This document shows positions 11,458 to 21,419 of a DNA stretch of 32,000 bases, in pieces. The stretch lies in contig NZ_CP042905.2 in NCBI RefSeq assembly GCF_008000775.2, positions 1,470,001-1,502,000 of the forward strand. The letters run 5' to 3'. Numbering within the stretch: position 1 is the stretch's first letter; the number at the start of each line of letters is the position of its first letter. The stretch comes from Promethearchaeum syntrophicum (lineage in GTDB: Archaea; Asgardarchaeota; Lokiarchaeia; Sigyniarchaeales; Promethearchaeaceae). The notes beneath the pieces are model-generated. The model saw only the letters and a program-made list of their open reading frames with translations. It was not told the origin of the DNA and did no database searches. A program made the position numbers and the translations under genes.

Positions 11458-11583
11458 ATGTAATTTTTTATTGATTCTTAGGAAAAAATTATTTAAATGA
11501 CTTTAAGCCCATTTTCAATCAATAAAAACACTTTTATTTTTACATAAATAATTTTGTATTAGAATATATGAAGAGTGATTAAA

Positions 11584-13437
11584 ATGGTAAAAAGAAGAAA
11601 ATATTTTTTGATTTTAATATTTATTATCGGATTTTTATGTATTTCTTTAGATCCATTAATTGAATTAAGAAAAGGTGAATTAAACCGAAAAATATTAATT
11701 ATTCCCGAATCAGCAATAACGTTTGATACAGAACCTAACAATGATTTCTCTACGGCTGTGGAAGTTATTCCGAATATAGAATGGGAAGGATTTGCATGGT
11801 GGGATATAGATTTTTATAATATCTCTTTAAACCCGTCCCAATTGATCGAAATATATTTTGAATTTACTGAAAATACTGGTCCTCCTGAAGGACTAGCTCC
11901 TTTAAAAATTTATGATGGAGATCATAATATATTAAACTCCTCATCGATAGAGGTTGGTGAATTTGTAGATCTGACAGCTAATAGTACAAGTGGAATATAT
12001 TTCTTTTCTGTAGAATATTATAATAGTGGAGATTGTTCTTACAATTTAACAGTAATAGTACCTGGATGGATTCCTCCAACTGAACCTGATATATATGAAC
12101 CTAACGACGATTTCAGTAGTGCATCATCACTCACTTTAGATGGAGATGGAGAACCAATAGAGCAATTAACAATTGATCCCGCTGGTGAAGTGGATTTTTA
12201 TTCAATTAGTCTGAATCAAAGGGATGATATTAGCATTTCATTATGGAATCTCCCTGCAAATTATGATCTCGCTTTTTTCTACCCTAACCAAACGCTTGTA
12301 AGTGAATCTACTAATACAGGTACAGCTGATGATGAAATTAACTATGAAAATGCATATGTGTCTGGAACTTATTATATTCGTGTTTCAGATTCGGATAATT
12401 ATGCAGGAGTATACAATCTTTCAATTCAAGTAATTGAATTTGGTCCCGGAGAAGATGATTTAGAACCGAATGATGATTTTGGGAGTGCTACTCCTCTCAC
12501 TTTGGATGGAGATGGAGAACCAATAGAGCAATTAACGATCGATCCTACAGGGGAAGTGGATTTTTATACAATTGATCTGAATCAAAGAGATGATATTAAC
12601 ATTATACTATGGAATCTCCCTGCGAATTATGATCTAGCTCTTTTCTATCCTAATCAAACGCTTGTAAGTGAATCTACTAATTTAGGTATAGCTGATGATG
12701 AAATTAATTATGATAATGCATATGCATCTGGGGCTTATTTTATTCGCGTTTCAGATTCGGAAAATTATGCAGGAGCATATAATCTTTCAATTTGGGTGGA
12801 TTTAAATGAAATACCGAATGCAGAATTCACAGTTAATTCAACCCTCATAGATCAAGGGGACTGGATTAGCTGTACTTTCACAGGATTTCCAGGAGATCTC
12901 CCAACCCAATTATATCAGTGGAATTTTGGTGATGGCACTATGAATACAACTATAGAAGACCCCACTCATCAATATCTCCTTGCAGGAGAATTCTATATAA
13001 CATTGACAATAATCGATGAAGACGGGGAATCTAGTGTTTCCACTCAAATTATCGATGTTAATGCAATACCATTTGCAGATTTCAATATAAATGAGTCAAC
13101 AATTCAAGAAGGAGATTGGATTAGTTGCACTTTCATAGGAAATTCGGGAGATCTTCCTACCACTTATGAATGGAATTTTGGGGATAGTATTGCAAACGTA
13201 ACTACCCAAAATTCTACTCATCAATATTTGACCTCTGGAGAATTTCAAATCACTTTAACAATAACAGATGAAGATGGTGAAACTTCTTCCCTCAAAAAAA
13301 CAATAATTGTTGGAAATGGGGTTTTTATTGGAGGATTTCCTTTAATCTTTGGGATAACTTCTCTAATCGGAACAATTTTAATACTTTGCAGGTTGATAAA
13401 GAAGAATAAACTTAGTTTCGGGAAAAAAAACTTGTAA
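11584..13437 (+). CDS. Cell-surface protein: N-terminal signal/TM, three PPC-like modules, two PKD modules, C-terminal TM
   Basis: 'EPNDDF.SA..L..DGDGEPIEQLTIDP.GEVDFY.I.LNQRDDI' repeats; PKD-type 'YQWNFGDGTMNTTIEDPTHQYLLAGEFYITLTI' and 'YEWNFGDSIANVTTQNSTHQYLTSGEFQITLTI'; C-terminal hydrophobic 'FPLIFGITSLIGTILILCRLI'. ATG 11584 has an upstream GAGTGATTAAA Shine-Dalgarno, whereas the track uses the GTG at 11575. Confidence 0.88.
   Translation: MVKRRKYFLILIFIIGFLCISLDPLIELRKGELNRKILIIPESAITFDTEPNNDFSTAVEVIPNIEWEGFAWWDIDFYNISLNPSQLIEIYFEFTENTGPPEGLAPLKIYDGDHNILNSSSIEVGEFVDLTANSTSGIYFFSVEYYNSGDCSYNLTVIVPGWIPPTEPDIYEPNDDFSSASSLTLDGDGEPIEQLTIDPAGEVDFYSISLNQRDDISISLWNLPANYDLAFFYPNQTLVSESTNTGTADDEINYENAYVSGTYYIRVSDSDNYAGVYNLSIQVIEFGPGEDDLEPNDDFGSATPLTLDGDGEPIEQLTIDPTGEVDFYTIDLNQRDDINIILWNLPANYDLALFYPNQTLVSESTNLGIADDEINYDNAYASGAYFIRVSDSENYAGAYNLSIWVDLNEIPNAEFTVNSTLIDQGDWISCTFTGFPGDLPTQLYQWNFGDGTMNTTIEDPTHQYLLAGEFYITLTIIDEDGESSVSTQIIDVNAIPFADFNINESTIQEGDWISCTFIGNSGDLPTTYEWNFGDSIANVTTQNSTHQYLTSGEFQITLTITDEDGETSSLKKTIIVGNGVFIGGFPLIFGITSLIGTILILCRLIKKNKLSFGKKNL
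12097..12798 (+). repeat. Intragenic tandem duplication, 366-bp (122-codon) period, encoding two PPC-like modules
   Basis: The GAACC(T/G)AA(C/T)GA start at 12097 recurs at 12463. TGGAGATGGAGAACCAATAGAGCAATTAAC and many flanking tracts are shared at an offset of 366. Confidence 0.9.
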
Positions 13438-13569
13438 AATTGATATGAAATCAATTATCTTTCATTTTTTTTTATTCCTTTATTTTTATTATAAATTGCT
13501 CATTTAAATGAAGCTTTAATCCAATTAAAATAATAATACTAAAAAATCATAAATATTTATTATTTAAAT

Positions 13570-14793
13570 ATGCCATCTTTGAGAATTGAAGAAGTTAAGG
13601 AAGTTGCAGTTATTGGGGCTGGAGATATGGGTCATGGGATTGTGGAATTATGTGCTTTGAATGGATATAAGGTATACTTGAAAGATATTGATCAAAAAAT
13701 TCTTGGGAAAGCTAAAAAACGTATTAGAGAAAGCCTAAATATTCTAGAACGGAAAGGAAAACTTAAAGATGAAACAATTGAAACAGTTTTAGGTCGAATT
13801 TTTCTGATTTTGGATTACGAACATTCTTTAGAAAATTGTCAACTAGCAATTGAAGCGGTTCCCGAAATAATGTCTCTAAAAAAAAAAATTTTCTCTGAAT
13901 TAGACTCTAAGCTACCAAAATCAGCAATTATTGCAACAAATACTTCAAACATGAGCATCACTGAGCTAGCTTCCCAGACAAATCGTAGTTCTCAAGTTGT
14001 AGGGATGCATTTTTTTAATCCAGTAATATTGATGAAAACCATTGAAATAATCAAAGGCAGTAATACTAGTGATGAAACCATGAAATTTACTGAAAATTTT
14101 GCTTATTCGCTTAATAAATTACCCATTCCTGTTCTAAAAGATGTTCCTGGATTTATCGTAAATCGGGTTCAAGCACCAAGTTCGGTTTTATTAAATAAAA
14201 CTATTGAAAAAAAAATTGCAACTTTCAGCCAAATAGATGCGAATTTCAGAAAGATAGGTCAACCAATGGGACCTTTTGAACTGATGGATTATGTGGGATT
14301 AGATATATATAAACATGGTGCTGATTATTTTGCTCAAAAAATTCATCCTGAATTCAAGTCTCCAAAATGGGTTAATGAATTAATCACAGCAGGAAAATTA
14401 GGAAAGAAAACCAATCATGGAATTTACGATTGGTCTTCTGGAAGACCTTTTATTGATTTAGATGATACTACAGAGAAATTCGATGCTAAAGATATACTTC
14501 TTGTTCAAGTAAATGAAGCAGCAAAATTAATTGAACAAGGTGTTGTTGAGTATCCTGGTGATATTGATTTGGCAATTCAAAATGCAACGGGAAATGTTTC
14601 GGGAATTTTCTGGCTTTTAAAAGACGATAGGGAATATTTAATAAATCGACTAAATTTTCTCGCGAATGAAATGGGAATTGATACTTTTCGTCCAATTGAT
14701 TTCTTAAAAGATATGGCTATTCCAAGTGCGCGAAAAGCTCTAAAAGCAAGAAAAAGGAAAAGAAAAGAAGAAAAAGATAAAAAAAAATTATAG
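13570..14793 (+). CDS. 3-hydroxyacyl-CoA dehydrogenase
   Basis: Rossmann motif 'VAVIGAGDMGHGIVELCALNGYKVYLKDID', 'IATNTSNMSITELA', 'GMHFFNPVILMKTIEII', 'DVPGFIVNRVQAP', 'GPFELMDYVGLDIY'. The C-terminus is highly basic. Confidence 0.95.
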   Translation: MPSLRIEEVKEVAVIGAGDMGHGIVELCALNGYKVYLKDIDQKILGKAKKRIRESLNILERKGKLKDETIETVLGRIFLILDYEHSLENCQLAIEAVPEIMSLKKKIFSELDSKLPKSAIIATNTSNMSITELASQTNRSSQVVGMHFFNPVILMKTIEIIKGSNTSDETMKFTENFAYSLNKLPIPVLKDVPGFIVNRVQAPSSVLLNKTIEKKIATFSQIDANFRKIGQPMGPFELMDYVGLDIYKHGADYFAQKIHPEFKSPKWVNELITAGKLGKKTNHGIYDWSSGRPFIDLDDTTEKFDAKDILLVQVNEAAKLIEQGVVEYPGDIDLAIQNATGNVSGIFWLLKDDREYLINRLNFLANEMGIDTFRPIDFLKDMAIPSARKALKARKRKRKEEKDKKKL

Positions 14794-14814
14794 CAAATCA
14801 TTTCAAAGTGGATT

Positions 14815-17088
14815 CTAAACTTTTATCTTTTTATAGAACATAAAAGATTCACCAATAATAACAACAACAGCTGTAATAGCTACAATCATCCAAATTGATT
14901 CTCCGCTTAATTTTGTATTTCCCTCAGAAATCTGATTTGGAGTTAAGAAACAAATTTGAGAGTCTCTGCGAGCGCTATAAGAAATGTAAGGGGTTATAGA
15001 TATATTTTCAATTGATAAATTTTTCAGTAGCGTGAATCTTGTTCTATAATTCAAAGATTCCCCTGGATATAATGTTCCGATTGAGAATTCTGGTCCTATT
15101 CCTTCTAAATATTCTAAGTAAAAATATTCATCAATTCCATAAGTCTCATAATAGCTGGCTTGAGTGTATACATTATATGCAGGAGTTGTTCCAATATTTG
15201 AAATTGTAGACTCTATTGTAATGATTGATCCCGCTTCACTTGAAGGGGCGGAAATTTCTTGTTTAAATATTAAAATTGGACCGAATTTTTGGTCCTCGCG
15301 AGGATATATTAAATAAATCGAAAATCCTGCATCATTACTATTCATTAAGATCGAATCTTCTCCATCTTCAATTTCTTCACTATAGAATTCTAAATTGCAT
15401 GAATACCCACTATTTCCTCCGAAATAGCGATTATATGCATCCACCGTATATATTGCAGAAACATTTACTGAATCTGAAGAATTTAGTCGTTCAATTATTC
15501 CTGAATCATTTGTCAAATTCACACCTAATTCATTGAAATATCCATAATTTTGAGTCGGATTAAAGTCCCATTTAATATCTGAAGCAAAAACATCACCAAT
15601 ATTTGTAATCACTGCTGAAATGTTAACATTTTCTCCAACTTGAGGTCCAATATTATCAATATTATATTGTAGAACCATCCAAGGTTCTGGATCAGCATCA
15701 TTGTTAAAAATTTTAATTCGATTTGAGGTTCCATAAAATCTATCATCAGAAAATTGAGGTCTGGACCAATGATTGGCCAAATCCAAGTTGCTAGTTGCGT
15801 CATAATAATATTGCATCTGATAAACAGGTGTGTTATCATTATGAGTATCACTAATATATAATGTTGATATTGTAGATGTTTCTCCAGGTTCTAGACTTTC
15901 GATATTAATTATTAAATCTTCGATAGTAAAATTATAATTATTGATATCTGGATGAATTATGTCTATATCATAGGCTGTTTGACCTCCGACATTAGTAAAT
16001 GTGGCTGTAACATTAATTTCCTCTCCATAGTTTACTGTTGTATCGTCTAATGAATATATACAATTTAGAATTGGTTGTGATTCTCGACCATCTCTAAAAA
16101 CAAAATTAGCATCATCTGGTAAATAACCATGCATATCCCCTTCAAAATGAAGTTCACGTTCAATATGGCATCTATCTTGTATTTCATCAGAGAGGGAAGG
16201 AGTTACAGAAGAAATTTCTGCGCCTTTATACAAGAAAATATTTAGGGTTGAATCATTCACCCATGTTGGCATCTGAAAATTTCCTTCATAACCCAAGATT
16301 TCATTAAAATTAATTGTATTTTCAGATTCTTTTCCAATATTGACTAAATTTTCTCGGTATAATTCTAAATCCACTTCATATTCCCATCGAAATTCACTAT
16401 TTTCATCATCCCAATTTGCATCAATACTTATGGCTTTATTAGGTGACTCTAGAATTTTATCTTTTGATAATAAAGTTGTATTTCCACATGGAAATGGTGT
16501 TAAGATAGAATCCCAAATTGTTTCATAATCTTGAGGAAATGCTCGAAATTGGCAATTCCATTCAGTAGACCAAGGATATGATGAATTTTCATATTGCAAG
16601 AAATCAACATTCAGTGTTGTTTCTAATTGAGAAACTAAACTATCAAGCCAAGTTTTTCCTAAACTTAAATTTTGATAATTGTCGAAATCAACCTCAATTT
16701 CTAATGAAAGATGAGAAAAACTATATTCCCAATCATTTCCGGGAAGATCCGATTCAAAATACCCTCCATTTTCCGAAGCATAAATTCCCATCTCTTGAGG
16801 TTTTGGAGTGGATTGGTATACACTAAGAACAACGTCAACATCTTCAATTGCAGAAGTTGTTGAATTTGGAGCAGTTAAATTAACTGGAAAATCAACGAAC
16901 ATGCCTTGATCTGTGATATCCCAATGATAAATAACATCTCCATTTTTTGAAATATATATATTTAAATCTTCATCATATTCCTTTGTATAATTGTCTTCAC
17001 CTTGAGCGTTAACTGATTGTATTGGGTGATTCCATAATAGAATCATCCCTAATAAAATAATAAATGTATACTTCGTTATTTTTTTCAT
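14815..17088 (-). CDS. Large membrane-anchored surface protein with CARDB-like repeat domains
   Basis: 757 aa, N-terminal signal 'TFIILLGMILLWNHPI', repeated 'GEEINVTATFTNVGGQTAYDI', 'GENVNISAVITNIGDVFASDI', 'GSIITIESTISNIGTTPAYNV', and C-terminal TM 'IWMIVAITAVVVIIGESFMFYKK'. Confidence 0.82.
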   Translation of the reverse strand: MKKITKYTFIILLGMILLWNHPIQSVNAQGEDNYTKEYDEDLNIYISKNGDVIYHWDITDQGMFVDFPVNLTAPNSTTSAIEDVDVVLSVYQSTPKPQEMGIYASENGGYFESDLPGNDWEYSFSHLSLEIEVDFDNYQNLSLGKTWLDSLVSQLETTLNVDFLQYENSSYPWSTEWNCQFRAFPQDYETIWDSILTPFPCGNTTLLSKDKILESPNKAISIDANWDDENSEFRWEYEVDLELYRENLVNIGKESENTINFNEILGYEGNFQMPTWVNDSTLNIFLYKGAEISSVTPSLSDEIQDRCHIERELHFEGDMHGYLPDDANFVFRDGRESQPILNCIYSLDDTTVNYGEEINVTATFTNVGGQTAYDIDIIHPDINNYNFTIEDLIINIESLEPGETSTISTLYISDTHNDNTPVYQMQYYYDATSNLDLANHWSRPQFSDDRFYGTSNRIKIFNNDADPEPWMVLQYNIDNIGPQVGENVNISAVITNIGDVFASDIKWDFNPTQNYGYFNELGVNLTNDSGIIERLNSSDSVNVSAIYTVDAYNRYFGGNSGYSCNLEFYSEEIEDGEDSILMNSNDAGFSIYLIYPREDQKFGPILIFKQEISAPSSEAGSIITIESTISNIGTTPAYNVYTQASYYETYGIDEYFYLEYLEGIGPEFSIGTLYPGESLNYRTRFTLLKNLSIENISITPYISYSARRDSQICFLTPNQISEGNTKLSGESIWMIVAITAVVVIIGESFMFYKKIKV

Positions 17089-17221
17089 TTTTTTTCACTG
17101 TTAACAACGTTATAATGAGTTTTTTATAAAAAACCCTTAAGTAATGAATTTCTGTTTCATCAATATAAATCTAGCCCCCTAGAACGGAAATTTTTTCTTT
17201 TTCGATACCAAATTAAATAAT

Positions 17222-18433
17222 ATGCCGGAAATTCGTTTTAAAAATATCACAGATTTGGATATAAAAGGGAAAAAAATCCTTGTTCGTGCAGATATTAACT
17301 CAAGTATTGACTTGGAAAAGAACGAAATACGCTCAGATCCGCGTATAAAAGCACTCGTTCCGACTTTAGAGGCATTGAAGGATGCTGCTGTTGTTTTAAT
17401 TGCTCACCAAAGTCGTTTTGGAAAACCTGATTGTATTGATTTAAAACTTCATGCTGAACTTTTAAATAAATATTTAGGTGGAACAGTGAAATTTGTTAAA
17501 GATCTATTTGGTGAAGAAGCCATTGCTGCCATTAAAGCATTACAACCCGGAGAAGTTTTAGTATTGAATAATGTTAGACTTTGGGAAATCGAAACAAAAG
17601 TAAAAAGTATTGAAGAAGCAGAACAAACAGAGCTAATTGCAAAATTAACTCCATTATTTGATTATTTTGTAAATGATGCTTTTGGGGCCGCACATAGAGC
17701 TCATGTGTCTTTAGTTGGTTGGCCAAAAATTTGCGCAGGCCCTGTGGTAAAACGCGAATTAGAAATGGTCCAATCTTTATTTAATCCAAAAAAGCCTTCA
17801 GTATGGTTAGTTGGTGGGGCCAAAGCATATGATAAATTTCTTGCTGTTAAATTTAACCTTGAAGAAGGAAATATTGATAAAGCATTGATTTGCGGTTTAA
17901 CCGCAATTTTAATGTTAGAAGCTAAGGGAATTGATATGGGTGAACCAAATAGAAAATTCATAGCTGAAGATTTAGATAAACATCGCGCTGAAATAGCTGA
18001 AACCTGTGAGAAATTTAAAGACAGTATCATATTACCTGAAGATATGGCTTATGAAGAAGATGGTAAAAGAAAAGAGATTGACACAAATCAAGTTGGATCT
18101 ATTAGCAAATCTACAGGAGATATTGGTTCAAAATCTATTGCAACATTTAAAGAAATTTTGAAATCTGCAGCCACTATTGTAGCAAATGGCCCCCCAGGAA
18201 TTTTTGAGAAAGAAGTTTTCAAACAATCATCCTTTGAAATTGTTGAAGCAATGGCTGAAGCTGCTAAACAAGGTGCCTTTGTATGTATCGGGGGAGGAGA
18301 TATGGGGGCAGTCGCTGAAATGTCTGGTCATGGTGATAAAATTTACATTTCCACTGGTGGTGGGGCATTATTACGAATTTTGAGTGGAAAAGATTTACCC
18401 CTATTAAAAGTGCTAAGAGAAAAAATGCCATAA
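17222..18433 (+). CDS. pgk: Phosphoglycerate kinase, archaeal type
   Basis: 'KKILVRADINSSID', 'LIAHQSRFGKPD', 'DYFVNDAFGAAHRAHVSLVGWP', 'WLVGGAKAYDK', 'ANGPPGIFEKE', 'GGGDMGAVAE', 'STGGGALLRILSGKDLP'. Confidence 0.95.
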   Translation: MPEIRFKNITDLDIKGKKILVRADINSSIDLEKNEIRSDPRIKALVPTLEALKDAAVVLIAHQSRFGKPDCIDLKLHAELLNKYLGGTVKFVKDLFGEEAIAAIKALQPGEVLVLNNVRLWEIETKVKSIEEAEQTELIAKLTPLFDYFVNDAFGAAHRAHVSLVGWPKICAGPVVKRELEMVQSLFNPKKPSVWLVGGAKAYDKFLAVKFNLEEGNIDKALICGLTAILMLEAKGIDMGEPNRKFIAEDLDKHRAEIAETCEKFKDSIILPEDMAYEEDGKRKEIDTNQVGSISKSTGDIGSKSIATFKEILKSAATIVANGPPGIFEKEVFKQSSFEIVEAMAEAAKQGAFVCIGGGDMGAVAEMSGHGDKIYISTGGGALLRILSGKDLPLLKVLREKMP

Positions 18434-18572
18434 TGCCTTAATATGAACAATTTTTTACTTTTTTTTTTGTATCTATTCTAGAATTGAATATTTCTAAATT
18501 CTTTTGAGATCTCTTTACAAAATGATATAAAATAGTATCAAAAATTTTTAATGATGGTGGATTATTCAATTC

Positions 18573-20846
18573 ATGGTAACCACCGAACCAATTGACATTC
18601 CTACTGAGATTAATCCCAAAGAAATTAATAAAAGAATTGCTGAAACACAAAAAATTGATTTAATGATCATTTTAAAAACAGTAGAACTCTTACAATCAGG
18701 AAATACAGTCCCTTTTGTAGCACGTTACAGGAAAGAGGTTACCAAAGGATTGGATGAAACTCAACTTCGGGCAATTCAAAAAGATCTCAATAAGTTTATT
18801 CTCTTAGATGAACGAAAAATTGTTGTGCTTAATATAATCCAAAAACAAGGAAAACTTACCGAGGAATTAAAGTCGAAAATTCTAAAAGCTGCCACTCTAC
18901 AAGATGTAGAAGATTTATACTTACCTTATAAACCAAAATTGAAAACTTTGGGTACAAAAGCTCGTGAAAAGGGGTTGGAACCCCTTTCAAACTTAATAAT
19001 TTCAGGTCAAAAAGAAGGAACAATTGAAGAGGTCGTGAAGCGGTTTCTCAATCCCGAGAAAGATGTAAACACAATTGATGAAGCAATATCAGGGGCTATT
19101 GATATTATCGCAGAAGATGTTGGAACAAATCCAGATCATCGAAAAATGGTTAGAAATGTGGTTTTTAAAAGATCACAACTGAAATCCGAGGTAAATAAGA
19201 AAATTTTGGATGGTTCACTCATTCCCCAAACAAAAGAAGGGAAAATCATTGATCATAATATTTTTGAAATCTATTTTGATTTTCCACTTGAAACCACTCG
19301 GTTAAAAAACCATCAAATTTTAGCGCTTCATCGGGGAGAAAAATTTAAAATACTCAATTTAACGTTTCAAACTCCTGATGAAGATTTAATTCATGAATTA
19401 AAGAAGCAAATTATGAAAAATCAGACTAAGCAAGATAATATCTTCTTCGATCACTATCAAAAAGCAATCGAATCCGGATATAAACGATATATTGTGAGAG
19501 CTATTAAACGCGAATTATGGAATAAATTATGTGATGAAGCAGAAATTCATGCAATCAAAGTTTTTGCCACCAATCTTAAAAATTTATTAATGACCGCACC
19601 GATGAAGCATAAAGCAATAATTGGGATCGATCCTGGTTATAGAACCGGATGTAAAGTTGCAGTTATTGATCAATATGGAAAATTCCTTGAAAATGCTACA
19701 ATTTATCCCCACGAACCAAAAAATCAGATTGATTTATCCAAAAAAATTTTATTTAATCTCGCAAAATCCCACAAAGCACTTACCTTTGCAATTGGGAATG
19801 GGACTGCTTCCAGAGAAACAGAACAATTAGTCGTTCAAATCATTAAAGATTACGCTACAAAATCATTTCCTTTAAACTATGCTATGGTTAGTGAAGATGG
19901 AGCTTCTGTTTATTCTGCATCTAAAACTGCCATCGAGGAATTTCCTGATTTGGATTTAACCGTGCGCGGTGCGATCAGTATAGCTAGGCGGCTACAAGAC
20001 CCTCTTAGTGAATTAATTAAGATTGATCCAAAAAGTATGGGTGTTGGGATGTATCAACATGATGTAAATCAGCGCGAGCTTAAATCCGAATTGGATGCGG
20101 TTATTGAAGATTGTGTTAATTCAGTTGGAGTTGATTTAAACACTGCTTCTGTTAGTTTGCTTGAGCATATATCAGGATTAACAAAGTCTCTTAGTAAACG
20201 TATTTTTCAATTCAAACAGAAAAATGGTGTTATTACTTCGCGGGATCAACTAAAAGAAATTAAAGGGTTAGGTCCTAAAGCATTTGAACAATGTGCTGGA
20301 TTTTTAAAAATACCCAATGCACCAAATCCATTGGATAGTACTTTCGTACATCCCGAATCGTATGATTTAACCAAAAAGATTTTGAATGAACTCGGATTAA
20401 AACCAGCTGATCTTATCAATCCAAAAACGCGAAATGAAGCGGCTGAGACCTTATTGAAGGTTAGACCAAAATCTTTTGCTGCAAAATTTGGAGTGGATTC
20501 AAATAAAATTCGTTACCTAGTCGAACAATTACGAAAACCTGATTTAGATCCACGGGATGATTCTGAAGGGCCTGTTTTACGTCAAGATGTCCTTTCTATT
20601 GATGATTTAAAAGAAGGAATGATATTGAAAGGGACTATTAGGAATGTAGTCGATTTTGGCGCATTTGTGGATATTGGAGTTAAAATTAATGGACTCGTTC
20701 ATAAGAGTCAAATTGCCAATCAATACGTAAAAAATCCACAAGATTTTCTGTCTGTTGGAGAAGTGAAGGATTTTATAATTTTTAAAGTGGATAAAGAACG
20801 TAAACGGATTCAACTCTCGCTAAAACTAATTCCCCAAGAAAAATGA
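18573..20846 (+). CDS. tex: Tex-family RNA-binding transcriptional accessory protein (HhH plus S1 domain)
   Basis: 'VPFVARYRKEVTKGLDETQLRAI', 'IGIDPGYRTGCKVAVID', 'VSEDGASVYSASKTAIEEFPDLDLTVRGAISIARRLQDPLSELIKIDPKSMGVGMYQHDV', and C-terminal S1 'GMILKGTIRNVVDFGAFVDIGVKINGLVHKSQI'. Confidence 0.96.
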   Translation: MVTTEPIDIPTEINPKEINKRIAETQKIDLMIILKTVELLQSGNTVPFVARYRKEVTKGLDETQLRAIQKDLNKFILLDERKIVVLNIIQKQGKLTEELKSKILKAATLQDVEDLYLPYKPKLKTLGTKAREKGLEPLSNLIISGQKEGTIEEVVKRFLNPEKDVNTIDEAISGAIDIIAEDVGTNPDHRKMVRNVVFKRSQLKSEVNKKILDGSLIPQTKEGKIIDHNIFEIYFDFPLETTRLKNHQILALHRGEKFKILNLTFQTPDEDLIHELKKQIMKNQTKQDNIFFDHYQKAIESGYKRYIVRAIKRELWNKLCDEAEIHAIKVFATNLKNLLMTAPMKHKAIIGIDPGYRTGCKVAVIDQYGKFLENATIYPHEPKNQIDLSKKILFNLAKSHKALTFAIGNGTASRETEQLVVQIIKDYATKSFPLNYAMVSEDGASVYSASKTAIEEFPDLDLTVRGAISIARRLQDPLSELIKIDPKSMGVGMYQHDVNQRELKSELDAVIEDCVNSVGVDLNTASVSLLEHISGLTKSLSKRIFQFKQKNGVITSRDQLKEIKGLGPKAFEQCAGFLKIPNAPNPLDSTFVHPESYDLTKKILNELGLKPADLINPKTRNEAAETLLKVRPKSFAAKFGVDSNKIRYLVEQLRKPDLDPRDDSEGPVLRQDVLSIDDLKEGMILKGTIRNVVDFGAFVDIGVKINGLVHKSQIANQYVKNPQDFLSVGEVKDFIIFKVDKERKRIQLSLKLIPQEK

Positions 20847-20996
20847 AATTAAGGGATAAACCCCTATGAAATTTTAAAATACAACTATTTCCCTCTTTCA
20901 ACCTATTTTTTTTAACCAATACTTTAAAAATTTCTTAACCCTTTTTAGAATTAAATACGTTATAAATCGAATATTAAATTTAAATAATTGAGAAAA

Positions 20997-21233
20997 ATGT
21001 CAGAAACAAAATGGAAAGACAACGTGAAAGTTGTTATTGATCAACTTCGCCCAAGCCTGCAAGCAGATGGTGGAGATGTCGCTATCGTAGATATTGCTGA
21101 TGATGGAACTATTAAAGTCGAACTTCAAGGGCACTGTAGAGGTTGTCCCTATTCTCAAATGACTTTAAAGAATGGGATTGAACGCTTACTAAAAGAGAAG
21201 ATTCCCCAAGTGAAAGAAGTAGTGAATATATAA
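20997..21233 (+). CDS. NifU-like C-terminal domain (Fe-S scaffold) protein, ATG start (the track uses the TTG at 20988)
   Basis: 'VVIDQLRPSLQADGGDVAIVDIADDGTIKVELQGHCRGCPYSQMTLKNGIERLLKEKIPQVKEV' carries the CxxC NifU/Nfu signature. Confidence 0.93.
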   Translation: MSETKWKDNVKVVIDQLRPSLQADGGDVAIVDIADDGTIKVELQGHCRGCPYSQMTLKNGIERLLKEKIPQVKEVVNI

Positions 21234-21419
21234 TCTACTGTTTTTATTATATTTTTTTTTGAAGTTCCTTAAATTACGATTTTTTGCTTTATTTTGAAGA
21301 AGGTCATTTCTCCAACTCAACTCCTTCGCCATTTTCATCTTAAACATGATTTTTACTTATAGAAAAGGAAAGCTCTTTGAATTTGTGTAATTTTGGAATT
21401 CATACTTAGGAATCCATCA

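Noticed and set aside
14486-16826. Minus-strand ORFs 14486-14695 and 14577-14801, plus short ORFs within 15276-16826
   Set aside because: Antisense or out-of-frame shadows of the dehydrogenase and the CARDB-like protein; His/Leu/Tyr-rich composition typical of the wrong frame.
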